From the IMG/VR virus record IMGVR_UViG_3300038466_000014: a DNA stretch of 64,000 nt. One strand, written 5' to 3'. Below, in pieces: positions 1 to 11,006 of the stretch (positions are counted from its first letter, which is position 1; every line of letters starts with the position of its first letter). The DNA is from a virus. The notes beneath the pieces are model-generated. The model was not told the DNA's origin. It saw nothing but the letters and a program-made list of their open reading frames with translations, and did not search any database. The translations under genes were made by a program, and so were the position numbers.

Positions 1-35
1 TTTAATACTAATATTTCACTTATAATTGACAAAAT

Positions 36-479
36 ATGCCCACTGTCTTAAACATAAAAAATATAAATAATTATATAACCGATCATGGGATGCAGTATAT
101 AGATAATTTAAAACATATGAACCACTTCGATTATAAACCCGTATTGATTCACCGCATTCTGAATAGGGATGAGGTAAAGTATAGAATAAAAATACAGACC
201 CTTGATTTCTATGATGAATTATCATATAAATTATCATCTACAAACTTTTTCGTGATCAATTATAATTACGATATACCAACAGACTGTTTATTCGTATTAT
301 TAAATTATTCACACATTATAATATCCCAGGATATAAATTTGGTTAAATTCGGAATATATCTAAATAAAAAAATAATTTCTTTTGGATGTAATAAATTAAG
401 AAAATACTCGGATAGGATAATATACTTGGAAAAATACACCGTATCAAATATTTTAAAAATAATATCAGATGTTGTATAG
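36..479 (+). CDS. hypothetical protein (147 aa)
   Basis: ORF followed directly by a strong terminator hairpin; no recognisable motif. Confidence 0.55.
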   Translation: MPTVLNIKNINNYITDHGMQYIDNLKHMNHFDYKPVLIHRILNRDEVKYRIKIQTLDFYDELSYKLSSTNFFVINYNYDIPTDCLFVLLNYSHIIISQDINLVKFGIYLNKKIISFGCNKLRKYSDRIIYLEKYTVSNILKIISDVV

Positions 480-484
480 TTAGT

Positions 485-522
485 CCGGGAGGAGGGAAGG
501 TATCCCCTCCTCCCGGTTTTTT
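485..522 (+). terminator. intrinsic terminator, probably bidirectional
   Basis: 12-bp stem CCGGGAGGAGGG (485-496)/CCCTCCTCCCGG (505-516) plus T6, between convergent ORFs. Confidence 0.85.
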
Positions 523-524
523 CG

Positions 525-641
525 TTATGACCCCCGGATAACATCTATTATTCCGAAGGCCATAACGACAGCCCCAACCACAAGGCAGATGCCACCAACG
601 GCGTCCGCCACCATTCTACCATAAAACAGAAATTCTACCAT
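525..641 (-). CDS. 38-aa hydrophobic peptide, not in ORF track (MVEFLFYGRMVADAVGGICLVVGAVVMAFGIIDVIRGS)
   Basis: GGAGG RBS upstream, motif A at 660-674, one TM-like stretch, ends at the terminator. Confidence 0.65.
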   Translation of the reverse strand: MVEFLFYGRMVADAVGGICLVVGAVVMAFGIIDVIRGS

Positions 642-659
642 TTCTTCAATCCTCCTATC

Positions 660-674
660 ATTTAATATATATAA
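660..674 (-). promoter_or_regulatory. recurrent promoter-like motif A (TTATATATATTAAAT)
   Basis: identical or near-identical copies at 7 intergenic sites, each oriented toward downstream genes. Confidence 0.65.
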
Positions 675-682
675 GCAATCGT

Positions 683-1114
683 CTAAAACGGGATATCATC
701 ACCAGTGTCCGGAAACACAGGTTGCCGGGATGTCTCTGGTGTGTTCTTGTTCTGTACCGGAGGAGATTTCGCCGGTTCCTGTGGAGAGTCACCCGAATTT
801 TTAGGACCCTCGAACGTTACCGCATAAGCTATAATCTCTGTCCATAGATGTTTGTTCCCCTCTTTATCCTCATATGTCCTCTGGGTAAGTTTTCCGGAAA
901 TTCCTACGAAGGTTCCTTTCTTTAAATGATTTGAACAAAATTCGGCGGTTTTTCCGAAAGTCACAACCGGAAACCAATAGGTCTCCTTGGCTTTTCCGGT
1001 AAAGTCTGCCACCGCTACCTTCATCTTGGTTAGTTGCGTTCCATTATCAATAATCTTTGTTTCCGGATCCGCGCCAAGATAACCTGTAAAAGATACAACG
1101 TTCACGCTTACCAA
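683..1114 (-). CDS. ssb: single-stranded DNA-binding protein, bacterial type
   Basis: OB-fold pattern (G.LG.DPE, W..V..FGK.AE, G.L..R.Y.DKEG) and C-terminal DDIPF. Confidence 0.95.
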   Translation of the reverse strand: MVSVNVVSFTGYLGADPETKIIDNGTQLTKMKVAVADFTGKAKETYWFPVVTFGKTAEFCSNHLKKGTFVGISGKLTQRTYEDKEGNKHLWTEIIAYAVTFEGPKNSGDSPQEPAKSPPVQNKNTPETSRQPVFPDTGDDIPF

Positions 1115-1151
1115 ACCTTTCTTTTGTAGTTACTACCATTGGTTTAAAAAT

Positions 1152-1538
1152 TTAAATCCATTTGTTTTCAATCATTACATTGGTTTTAATTTTCGTTTTT
1201 CTAACGGAATCTAATAATTCTTTAAGAGATTGATATGGTCCGATTTCAAAGTAATGCGACTCTAATCTATTACAACAAGTAAGATAATGTAATGTCATGT
1301 TCTTTAATGTCGAATAGCTATGATATAATTTCATACCGCATATCGGACATTCTTTGTTTCTCATATGATTCCATTGATAAATTATCTTATTTTTATATGG
1401 ACTGTACATATAAAAATGATGTTTAGATTCAAATCTGTCGGTATTTGTACAAGAAATAATATATTTACTATTACCGTCAATAATATTTGAAGTGATTTCC
1501 GCATCTCCATCACAGACAGGACATCTAACAAGGTTCAT
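1152..1538 (-). CDS. zinc-ribbon protein, Lar-like, with two CPxC units
   Basis: CPVC...C...WN and CPIC...CC motifs. Confidence 0.5.
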   Translation of the reverse strand: MNLVRCPVCDGDAEITSNIIDGNSKYIISCTNTDRFESKHHFYMYSPYKNKIIYQWNHMRNKECPICGMKLYHSYSTLKNMTLHYLTCCNRLESHYFEIGPYQSLKELLDSVRKTKIKTNVMIENKWI

Positions 1539-1540
1539 TC

Positions 1541-3713
1541 TTAGCCAGTAACTGGTTTATACTTTTTCAACATCTCCAAACAATGTAAATAATTATTATC
1601 GATTTCTTGACATTTCTTTGATAGATCAGTCAGATAATTAATAATCTCTTTGTGTTTAATTCCGGCGTTATAACAAACCTCACTCCCGGTATTTCCATTA
1701 CACATATATATCTCATCGAACAGATCGTGCATAATATCGGTAAGATTCTTTTTAATCTCTTCCAAATCTTCATATATAGGAATCGCCGCGTAGGATTCCC
1801 TCGCTATATTTATCATGGCTATCTGTTCATCGTCCAGATGGTTGGGAATAGTCTGAAGGATATCCTCCGGGATAAGATGCTGATAAGGACCGCACATACC
1901 CCGACGAAGAACTTTTTTCAGTTCCACAGGATTCCAGGAAGAAGACGCAGACATAAAAACTCCTTGATGTTTGCTTAGGGGGTTTTACATTTTTCTTTAT
2001 TATAACAAAACACATAATACTTATCTAAACTTTCCATGTATATCATTTTTCCTTTGAATTGTTGTTTCATTTTGTTAAACGCAATAGGAACGCATAAAAA
2101 ATTTCCATTTTCATCACATTGGGTATATCCAGATTTGGTTTCTTCACATCTTATATTAAAAACAGATATCCCCGTTTTATAAATATTGAAAACCATTCAT
2201 ATTCCACAGAATAATAAAAATTTAAATCATATTAAATCTCAATATGTTAGCCCATTCGCATCCATAAGAGATCGGGTATGAACTCTTTATTTTTCAGACG
2301 TTTCATTTTAGAAAAGATATGTTTGTTCTTCCTAATCACAGACTTGTAATTTTGTGTCACCCACTCAAACACTTCTCTATTATGTAATCCACTACTAATT
2401 TCCTCCTCGTTGTTTTCACGTAAGAGCGATATCCTTTTCGCTATAAAAATTACAAATCCTTTCTCGTAATTAAATCTTTTGTTTATCGATTCCATTTCTT
2501 CAAACATCTCATCATATGCTTCGATATTACATGTAATAATCATATGTATAGTATCATCATCAAAAAACAGCACTGGGTTGAAAAGCTGAATAACACTTAT
2601 AGCATAGACTTTAGCCCATTTCACAATTGAATAGCGGGAGGGGTTCAGAATCATCCGTGTCGACCAAACGGGAAGAAATGCCCCCGCGTATTAACATAAT
2701 AGTTTTTTTCGTCAGACGCCACGACTGTCCTCCACATCTACGATTTTAACTAAATCCATATTTGTGTTATCTATCAAATAAGGTGTTTCGTCGCATAAAT
2801 AATTCGGAATATCAACTCCATTTTTCTTATCGGTGTTTCGGATAAAATGTCTAAGTAACGATTGAATATCATATGCGCACTGAACATCTTTTGGAGCCTC
2901 GTGAATACCGGTAGATCTCTGAAAAAACCGCATAAGATGATTCATCACTGCGGAAAGATACTCCCTAAACATATATCCGCGTTCCATATCTTTTTCCACA
3001 TTCCTTCTGATTATAAGCTCGTTATAAACCTCTGAGAACTGAAAGCAGACAATCCGGGAATAAAAGTCCAGCGCCCGCATTACGGTTTCGGCTTTATCCC
3101 GATCGAGTGTAAGAACGATTTTTTCGTTGGGTCTTTTCATATATATTCCTTTCCGTTACAAATTTAATTTTTTGTCCAGCCATATTTTGGAAAAGGGTAG
3201 AAGAGTATAACTTCTATTACATGTCATTCCGACAATTCTTATATATCCGCCTCTTCAAGCGCGCCAACAATACGGGATAATGTTGCGGTTGACGGCGTAA
3301 GATCTCCAAATTTCAGATATAAAGCATTATAAATTTTACCGGGATCCAATTTTCCATTACCGTTGTAAATAAACCCGGTAAGCGCTGGTTCACCAAACGT
3401 TATCATCCTGATCGCGTTCTCCGAATCGTCATATTCCATCTATAACCTCAAGAATATTCTCAAATTATTATCTTACTTTTTTCAAAAATCCCATTAATTT
3501 TTCTGTCTCCCAATACCATCCCATCTTTTCCCATATCCATCCATTGACATCATTATTATAATACACTCCTCTCACAATATCCCCCCAAATGGCCGGATCA
3601 TACGAATTATCTAAAATTATATTAATTCGAGTTCCGTCGGTCGGGGCATCCGACATCGGATAAACATCATGAACCAGATCATACTGCTGTGGTAACGCGT
3701 TTTTTCTGGGCAT
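1541..3713 (-). other. run of small hypothetical phage CDS (1541-1954, 1975-2196, 2247-2654, 2712-3140, 3239-3439, 3468-3713)
   Basis: closely packed co-oriented ORFs with RBS-like leaders; no motif recognised. Confidence 0.6.
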
Positions 3714-3727
3714 AATTCAACCCTCGA

Positions 3728-4171
3728 TTAGTATGGCTTTAATATATCAAATTCATAATTAATCTCTAATAATTTTCTATATACATATCTATTAGGAGCA
3801 TATCTCCTAAAGTAAAGATCGTCGTGCCCGTACAGAATCTTATGGATTGCAGCGGCGATGCCTGGAGATCTTGATACGCCAGCAGTACATTGCGTGAGTA
3901 AAGCATCCACTTCAGAATGTGCATATTTAGCTACAAAATCCAAAATATCTTTGGCTTGTGAGCTACTAAACATCAGTGGATTATTTCCATTATCCACATC
4001 AGTATCTTCAAAAACCATTGTCATTTTATCGACAGCATTTACCAGCGCCGGAAAATTCTCGTCCGGGGTATTATTTACCGATATGACTATAAATCCAATA
4101 CTATTGTTTGATAATTCAGAACAAACTCCATCTATGTGAGCTTTTGGAAACGGATTTATATACTTAAGCAT
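3728..4171 (-). CDS. protein-tyrosine/dual-specificity phosphatase-like protein
   Basis: P-loop QCTAGVSRS (Cx5R), F.D motif and C-terminal PN..V. Confidence 0.8.
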   Translation of the reverse strand: MLKYINPFPKAHIDGVCSELSNNSIGFIVISVNNTPDENFPALVNAVDKMTMVFEDTDVDNGNNPLMFSSSQAKDILDFVAKYAHSEVDALLTQCTAGVSRSPGIAAAIHKILYGHDDLYFRRYAPNRYVYRKLLEINYEFDILKPY

Positions 4172-4660
4172 ATTAGAACCTCTTAATAATAACTATGACC
4201 CTTCATCATAAAATCTAAATTTCTTTTTATCTCTGGTGGTGTTCTTGGATCTCTCCAAGTATCGTAAATATCCATAATCGCATCTTCCTGTTTTCTATTA
4301 AACCCTTCTTCTAAATATAACATAAACGGATCCCATCTTGTAAATATATAATATTTTCCAGACCCTTCTTCGTCTATCATTTCATATGATTCCTTGTATA
4401 TGTCCATAATAAGATCTGATAATCTTTGATAATAATGATCATATTTCGATTCAAATTTTTCTTTACCTGGAAGATAACTAAATTCCATAAGATGTTTACG
4501 CACGGCAACTAATTGCTCCGCGATCTGATATAGATTGGCCCCGGACACCTGACGGTTTTTCACACGGGTATCCTCCCAAAATAGACAATGCGTCGCATCC
4601 CACCTTAACGGAGGACAATACTCTTCCGGCGTTGTGGTTTCCACGTTATTTCATATGTTA

Positions 4661-5018
4661 TTATGGTAATTCTCTAAATCCGACTATATTCTGATACCGC
4701 GATGTATAAGGATCTCTATATCCATATACGGTAAATTCATATTTCCGGCCTACTTTAAATTTTGACTGAAAGGCGGATGAATTCCATTTACTAAATGCCA
4801 TTATCCATATTGGCAAACGGGCCTTTGTCTGTAAGTACGATCCAAAAAGAACCCGAATCGGTAACAATTCTATCCAATCCGGTAATCGTCGCATACACTT
4901 TTTCTGTTCTATAGTAATCTTTAGCGTAACTAATAATACCAAAAATCGTACCTACACAAATAAGTATCACAATAACAGTAGTCAAAACATCAGTAAAAGT
5001 TACACTATTGCGTTTCAT
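4661..5018 (-). pseudogene. frameshifted membrane-anchored phage protein
   Basis: N-terminal TM part ends ...FANMDNGI*; the C-terminal part FSKWNSSAFQSKFKVGRKYEFTVYGYR... continues in another frame at about 4793. Confidence 0.6.
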
Positions 5019-5475
5019 TTAGACCTCCAAAAAGTAAAATTACAGAGACCCTGTATGACAGTAATATTATGTGCATAGCATATATAAATATTTCACACAT
5101 AGTGAAGTTTTAAGTTACTAACTTGTTCTTCCAAATCTTCCACCATTTTTACTTTTTCATCGTGTTCTTCAGGGGTTTCGCACGAATCCAAATCTATAAC
5201 TACGGACTCAACCATCGGATCATTTGCAGCTATAAGAGAAATGGTTCCTCTTTCAACCACAATATATACTTTTGTTACTTCTCTGCGGATTCCCATACCG
5301 GGCACCTTTCTATTGGTTGTTTTCGTAAATCTCTACGTTCGTATGCTCTATCTCTATCGTAACTAACATGAATAGTTTCTCCATGATCAACCATTATATA
5401 TATCTCATAACTACCATCCGGTTTTTTGTTTATTAATATTCTGTTTAGAACAATCGAACCCGTACATGTGTTATA

Positions 5476-6132
5476 TTATATTATTTTTATAGGAACTGCC
5501 GGTGTATCTTCTTCCTCTTCCTCATCATCACCCCATATTAATTCATCCTGAATAGCATTTAATTCGTCAATGGGTTCGTCGAACGTAGGAGCACAGAGGC
5601 CCCAATTGGAATCCAGAAGGACACCATTCAAAATTAAATCTTTATAAGTATATTCAATAAAAAGACCTTTACCAATTTCAACGTCTAATTCAAAATTACG
5701 AACTTCATCCTTTTTAATAAACATACTTCTCGTGTATTCCGGATGCTCTTTTAAAAACACGGTTATTCTTTTATCAGTTAATCCCGACAAAACTAAAATA
5801 TTAGATAATTCTTTTACGATAAAATCATTGTAGGTTATAATTATAAATCTTTTGTTATCGTTGTTAACAGACTCGCATATATTCCGTACAAATCCCATTA
5901 TATGTTTAGGATGTTTGTATATTTCTGGAAAAATATGCAAAACAGTATTTTTAAGCGCTGATAATTTGAATATTGAAACCATAAATTCAACATCCTCTAA
6001 TTCGATATCTTCCGTTGGTGTGATAATCGTTATTTTAGATTCAAATAAGGCTGCGTTTGGACATAGATAAATACTGCCATCGTTAAGACGGGTTATCAAT
6101 GAATACTTATTCATGGTTTTACCTATGTTCAT
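5476..6132 (-). CDS. degenerate C-terminal half of an AAA_21/ABC-type ATPase
   Basis: LHIFPEIYKHPKH and FIIITYNDFIVKELSN resemble IEEPE.HLHP and IITTHS; no Walker A. Confidence 0.5.
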   Translation of the reverse strand: MNIGKTMNKYSLITRLNDGSIYLCPNAALFESKITIITPTEDIELEDVEFMVSIFKLSALKNTVLHIFPEIYKHPKHIMGFVRNICESVNNDNKRFIIITYNDFIVKELSNILVLSGLTDKRITVFLKEHPEYTRSMFIKKDEVRNFELDVEIGKGLFIEYTYKDLILNGVLLDSNWGLCAPTFDEPIDELNAIQDELIWGDDEEEEEDTPAVPIKII

Positions 6133-6339
6133 TTTAAAAGGGTACTCAATCCTACGCGACTAACCATATCCTTAAATATATTATATGTTTCATCCGGAAA
6201 CGTTCCAGCACATATCACCTTATTACCATCAGAAATGACCCATGGCCATTGTTTCGCCAATTTTTTTCCTAATCTTTAAATTAGTGTTATTCTTTTTATT
6301 GAACATTTCCAGAGGGCGTTCGCTTCTTGTATTTTTCAT
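6129..6339 (-). pseudogene. small gene split at an A7 run (6261-6267)
   Basis: strong RBS plus ATG at 6339; removing one A gives a continuous ORF whose TGA overlaps the next ATG (6132). Confidence 0.5.
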
Positions 6340-6381
6340 ACTCCCCTCCTTTAACAACAAAACAATGAATGATAAAATTAT

Positions 6382-6427
6382 CAGCCATTATAATATCCAT
6401 GTAATCTTAAGGATATTATAATGGCTG
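6382..6427 (-). repeat. perfect 17-bp inverted repeat (5' leader hairpin)
   Basis: CAGCCATTATAATATCC (6382-6398)/GGATATTATAATGGCTG (6411-6427), 13 nt downstream of motif A. Confidence 0.85.
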
Positions 6428-6440
6428 TTCTCATATTGAT

Positions 6441-6455
6441 ATTTAATATATATAA
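6441..6455 (-). promoter_or_regulatory. motif A
   Basis: ATTTAATATATATAA on the plus strand, intergenic. Confidence 0.65.
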
Positions 6456-6487
6456 CAAAATTTAATAATTTTTTAATAATCAATTAC

Positions 6488-6935
6488 TTACCGGGCTTTT
6501 CGATTTTCGATATTGAATGTGGATATAAACAATAAAATCTCCTCGTCCGGCATTACATCATGCGCGTCGATGTAGTGAGCATACCCTTCCGGCCACAACC
6601 AGAAACGCCCGCTATCGTCCAGTAAACTATATTCATCGTTTCCATTCATCTGTCCGCAGATTCTACAATCACTACATCCCATATGAATTAATTATGGCTA
6701 CTTCATTTTCTATCCTGTGTAGTTTCGTAAGAAACAAGAATTTGAATTCCCCTCGGTTTATCCCATCTGATTTACATCTAACCCGAAGGGTATCTTTTTC
6801 CGGATAAGGTAGTTCCTCTGTCGAATTATAACAACTTCTCCAGAAGCCGACTTTCTTTTTATTTGTAAATCCTAATAGATTTACCATTTGTTTTATTTTC
6901 ATCGTGATTGCCAAGTATAAGGTGCTTAGTACCAT
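6488..6935 (-). pseudogene. phage protein (GC..CRIC...WPEGY.HY...H) split by a frameshift near 6683
   Basis: ...INSYGM* and MGCSDCRIC... join if an AT is restored (TATG to TATATG). Confidence 0.55.
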
Positions 6936-7146
6936 TAAGTTTCTCTAAAACCCTTCGTACATTCGTTAAGCGGCGTTCAAATGGCATAAAATCACCAAGC
7001 ATAAACACTGTATCATCTTTTTTTACTTTACGGTTGTGCTTTTCAATAAGCACGATGTTCATTTGTTTATAATCTTTAAAGGGTCTATTACAATGTCTAA
7101 TAATACTTCCGTGGTCATAGTGCTGATCCGATGTAAAATACAACAT
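6859..7146 (-). pseudogene. C-terminally truncated calcineurin-like metallophosphoesterase
   Basis: SDQH, LGDF and GNHD motifs are present; the ORF ends before the later His motifs. Confidence 0.7.
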
Positions 7147-8220
7147 TATTAATATACTACCTTATTATCTTCTATTATCTTAATAATAGAATTAATCATC
7201 TCATCGGTTATAGTATTACTAATATTTGTAAGATAATTTGACAGTTCCGTTATATAAGCAGGTCTATTTCCTCTATCCATAGACTCAATCCTATCTTTTT
7301 CTAGAGGATCACATGCACCAATATGTAATAGCAACATCTTATTAATATACTTATATGTATAAAAATAAATTGCCACAAGTAATTTTAATAAATCCTTATG
7401 TGACCATTGTTCTATATGAGGAATCATACTAATATTATCAGCATCAAAACTTATACTATAATGTAATAACCACTCATTAGAAATACCACCAACCTTCTGC
7501 ATATTACGTATGTCTAAAATAATACCTACCAACATTCTTAATTTGTTCTGCATAGATGTATCTTTAGGTAGTGGTATTATACAACGATTAATAGTAGAGC
7601 CTAAACACGTTTCAAATTTGCATAACTTTGGTATATAAAAATCATCTATCTTACAAGTACTAATTGTTTTAAAAATAAGACTATTATCATCTATAAGTTT
7701 CTTTACTACTTTGAGTATTATATCAGAGTTATAATGGTATGTATCCAAGTCAATGGGTGTCATATATTTGATGTTCATTGAATACCTCCCGATGATTCCG
7801 GTCTGGAGATCTCCGGCCTTTCGGCGTGAGTTCCAGCGTTAATGATCAATTTAATCCTCCTTGTTTACAGAGCCTAACCCCGAACACCGTTCGGGGATTG
7901 CGGCTCTAATACTGTTCATATAATCGCGCCCATATAAATTTGATTTTTTATTTAAAATGGCACACACAAATTCTATTAATCTGTATTTCGCGATAGAAAT
8001 ATCTCCGGTAGTTATAATATAAGGATTACCAGCATTATCCAAATATACTTTGTCGAGAAAAATATCTAAAATTATTTCCTCTTCTTTCAATCTTTTATAT
8101 TTATCAACAATCGTATATTTTACTTTAATATTTTCCTCGGTTAACATCTCTTGTTTATATAATCCTTGAGTAATTTTAAAATCTGTATCTATTAGTTCGA
8201 CCGAATGTGGCTTTGTAATA

Positions 8221-8766
8221 TTATTCATTATCTATCCTATCTTCGTCTTCAAATGACTTTAGATATTCATAGATGTGAAATTCTTTTTCAAGACATTCCG
8301 GTAATTCTTTAGCGTTTTCCACACTATCCCATTTATAAATAAGATCCACTCCATCTTCCCATATACCAGCAAATCCCATACCCGATTCGTAATACATAGC
8401 ATAAATATTATACCCTTGGGATTGTAGTTGTACAAATGCTTCTATTGGCGGTGCCCATGCGGTGTATCCCCGTATCTCCAATGTATTATCATCTACCCTC
8501 TTCATTTCCACCCCGCTTAAATCCCATTTAGTTCCCCAATTAATTTTTCTCCATTCATCCGCATGATAAAATCCATATTTTTCTTTTAATTTATTCTCTC
8601 TTTCGGCTCCAAATGGTGGAGTGTCATCGATCTCATCGTCACACAATTCTTTAGGACAAGGTAACAGTGATTGTAATACTTGTTTTTTATCACCATTAAA
8701 AATCATATCTATAAGATCAGAATTCCCGTTGGATAGTGAAATGAAATTGTTGCAAAAATTAGGCAT
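8221..8766 (-). CDS. YubB/Api92-like ferredoxin-fold phage protein
   Basis: MPNFC.N, NWGTKWD, TAWAPP, YYESGMGFAG. Confidence 0.8.
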   Translation of the reverse strand: MPNFCNNFISLSNGNSDLIDMIFNGDKKQVLQSLLPCPKELCDDEIDDTPPFGAERENKLKEKYGFYHADEWRKINWGTKWDLSGVEMKRVDDNTLEIRGYTAWAPPIEAFVQLQSQGYNIYAMYYESGMGFAGIWEDGVDLIYKWDSVENAKELPECLEKEFHIYEYLKSFEDEDRIDNE

Positions 8767-9115
8767 TACACTCTTCCTCGTTTATGTATACATTGCACAA
8801 GCTACTATTTCTTTAACCTTATCTTGATTTCTCTTATACTCAATCCCGTCCTCATAAAACTCCATTTTCCAATCACCATCGATTGTTAAATGAATATCAC
8901 ATCTACCATATATACTGACCTCTTCGTCACAAAGAAGACATGTTAAACTTCCAAGTTGTATTTTTCCATCTTCATCAAATATCATATTCTTTTTCGCACA
9001 CTTACACCACATACAACTACAATATAAATCAAATGGACCGTCTTTATAATTATGTAATATTTTGAATTTGGTTTTTAATTTCGGCATATTTCCCTTTTAA
9101 GTTAATAAATATAAA

Positions 9116-9526
9116 TTAAGAACAGGATGAATATAAATTCTCACCGGAAAGCAATATAATCCTATTCCAAACCCCGTTATCGAGTATGTCGAATATTTCC
9201 CTTCCGCTCTCGCCCATTTTCCAATCTTCAAAATCAAGAATACAAGACATGTCAGTAAATTTAATAAGTAATCCAACATAGATATCACCATCTTGGAAAT
9301 GCCATTCCATATATAACATATGTCCTTCATCTAGATAAAAGGTTTCCGGTATATCAAGATTAACTTCATTCCCTCCCGGATAAGTATCTCTTATTTTATC
9401 AATAATATTGTTCCAATTTGCTGGATCTGTATATGGTTCATTGGGATCATACTTCTTTGCGTACATATCCCTATATTTTTCCAGTTCTAATATAAATTGT
9501 TTAAACAATGATTCTTCAATATACAT
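9116..9526 (-). CDS. hypothetical protein, paralogue of 9577-10023
   Basis: shared TYP.G...IP..F...G...MEW.FQ....YV.L.I...DMS.IL. Confidence 0.75.
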   Translation of the reverse strand: MYIEESLFKQFILELEKYRDMYAKKYDPNEPYTDPANWNNIIDKIRDTYPGGNEVNLDIPETFYLDEGHMLYMEWHFQDGDIYVGLLIKFTDMSCILDFEDWKMGESGREIFDILDNGVWNRIILLSGENLYSSCS

Positions 9527-9576
9527 TTTAAACTCCTATTGATTGGTTAGACAAAATTAATTATTTAATAATGATA

Positions 9577-10023
9577 TCATGGTTGAAACGGATAAATCAG
9601 GGGTGTATCTGAGTGCCGAATGATCTTATACCATATATCTTCATCAAGTGTCTTGATTTCTTCGGAATATTTTTCTTTCAAAATCGGATCTCTAAATTCT
9701 GGGATATCGTATGATTGTGCTTCAAATGTTTCGCATTCCAGAATTCCGGACATATCATCTAAATTTATATGCAACGACACATATACATTATCGTTTTGAA
9801 AAGTCCATTCCATCATTATCTTTCCATCCTCTTCTGGAAATACATTCGGTATTTCAAGATATCCCTTCGGATAAGTACATATCAATCTATTTATAAGTCC
9901 TCCTATTTCATCGTCATTAAATCCTTTTCCCAAAGTCATTCCAGTTTTCCACCCATCTTTTAATTCTTTAAAACTATTTATTCTTTCTATAAATTTTTCA
10001 AATTCCTCGTCTATATTTTCCAT
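9577..10023 (-). CDS. hypothetical protein, paralogue of 9116-9526
   Basis: same shared motif; tandem position. Confidence 0.75.
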   Translation of the reverse strand: MENIDEEFEKFIERINSFKELKDGWKTGMTLGKGFNDDEIGGLINRLICTYPKGYLEIPNVFPEEDGKIMMEWTFQNDNVYVSLHINLDDMSGILECETFEAQSYDIPEFRDPILKEKYSEEIKTLDEDIWYKIIRHSDTPLIYPFQP

Positions 10024-10575
10024 GAAACTTTCTTGTGTTTGAAAAATTGTTTTTCTTGTGTCATTTTGGTTGCCATCCTCTTTTCTCGTATTCTCTTACT
10101 CTCTTCAGAGTTTCTTTTAGTTTAGGAGTGGGTGTATCGTGTACGATATCGTTTTCTTCCGCAAGTAATTTCTTGAGGAAATTTATTGCATCTTCTCCTT
10201 CCAATACTGGAGTGGGTATGAACAATGGTTGTTTGTCTTCTGTATCTGTAGATATTTTGTTCAGATAATAAAATTCCAAGTTGTTTTTGTAACATAATAA
10301 ATTCTCTATCGCTTTTTCGCTCTGCGCTATGGCTGCCGATACTACTTCTGATAGTACACGTTCAAAACTATTATCCAAACAAAATGTAGCAAATAGATCC
10401 ACCTTATTCAACGATGTTCTATGTATTCTCCAACCACAATTATTGGAAAAATAGATCTGGGTCGCATCATCGTATTCACATAGTTCTTTCTGTACAATTA
10501 TATCACCATAACTATTAATTTGAATACAGTTTATGAGTGTTTCGTTTGCCGACATTTATTTTTTACCTTGCCCTT

Positions 10576-11006
10576 TCACGGTCTACACTTAACACTTTTG
10601 GCCGCTCTACAAGAACCCGCCTCGTAATGTACAGGATCTTGTAACGCGCCAACCAACTGGTCTGGAGGCGGAGGGCGTCTCGCTTCTTCTGCTTCTTTAG
10701 ACAATGATGTAGGTAATTTCCTTGGAAATCTGAATAAAGTTCTCGCGATAATATCTTTCTTCTCAGACGGACAAGCAAAAATCAACCACCAACAATCAAC
10801 CACCAACAATTATCCACTTTTTCCGCGATACAGAATTTATTATCTAAATAGAAAAACGCGATAAGATCTTCGACAATAAAATCTGTATCTACTTCATAGA
10901 CGATAGTTTCATCTATATAAGGGATGTGCCCTTCTGGAATTGCAATTCTGTACTCAAAGTCATTAACGTTGATTATCATTTTCAACATTCCTTTATTTCT
11001 GACCAA
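10576..11006 (-). pseudogene. gene interrupted by an exact 14-bp tandem duplication
   Basis: AATCAACCACCAAC twice (10780-10793, 10794-10807); removing one copy gives one 138-aa ORF (...KVDNCWWLIFACPSE...). Confidence 0.8.
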
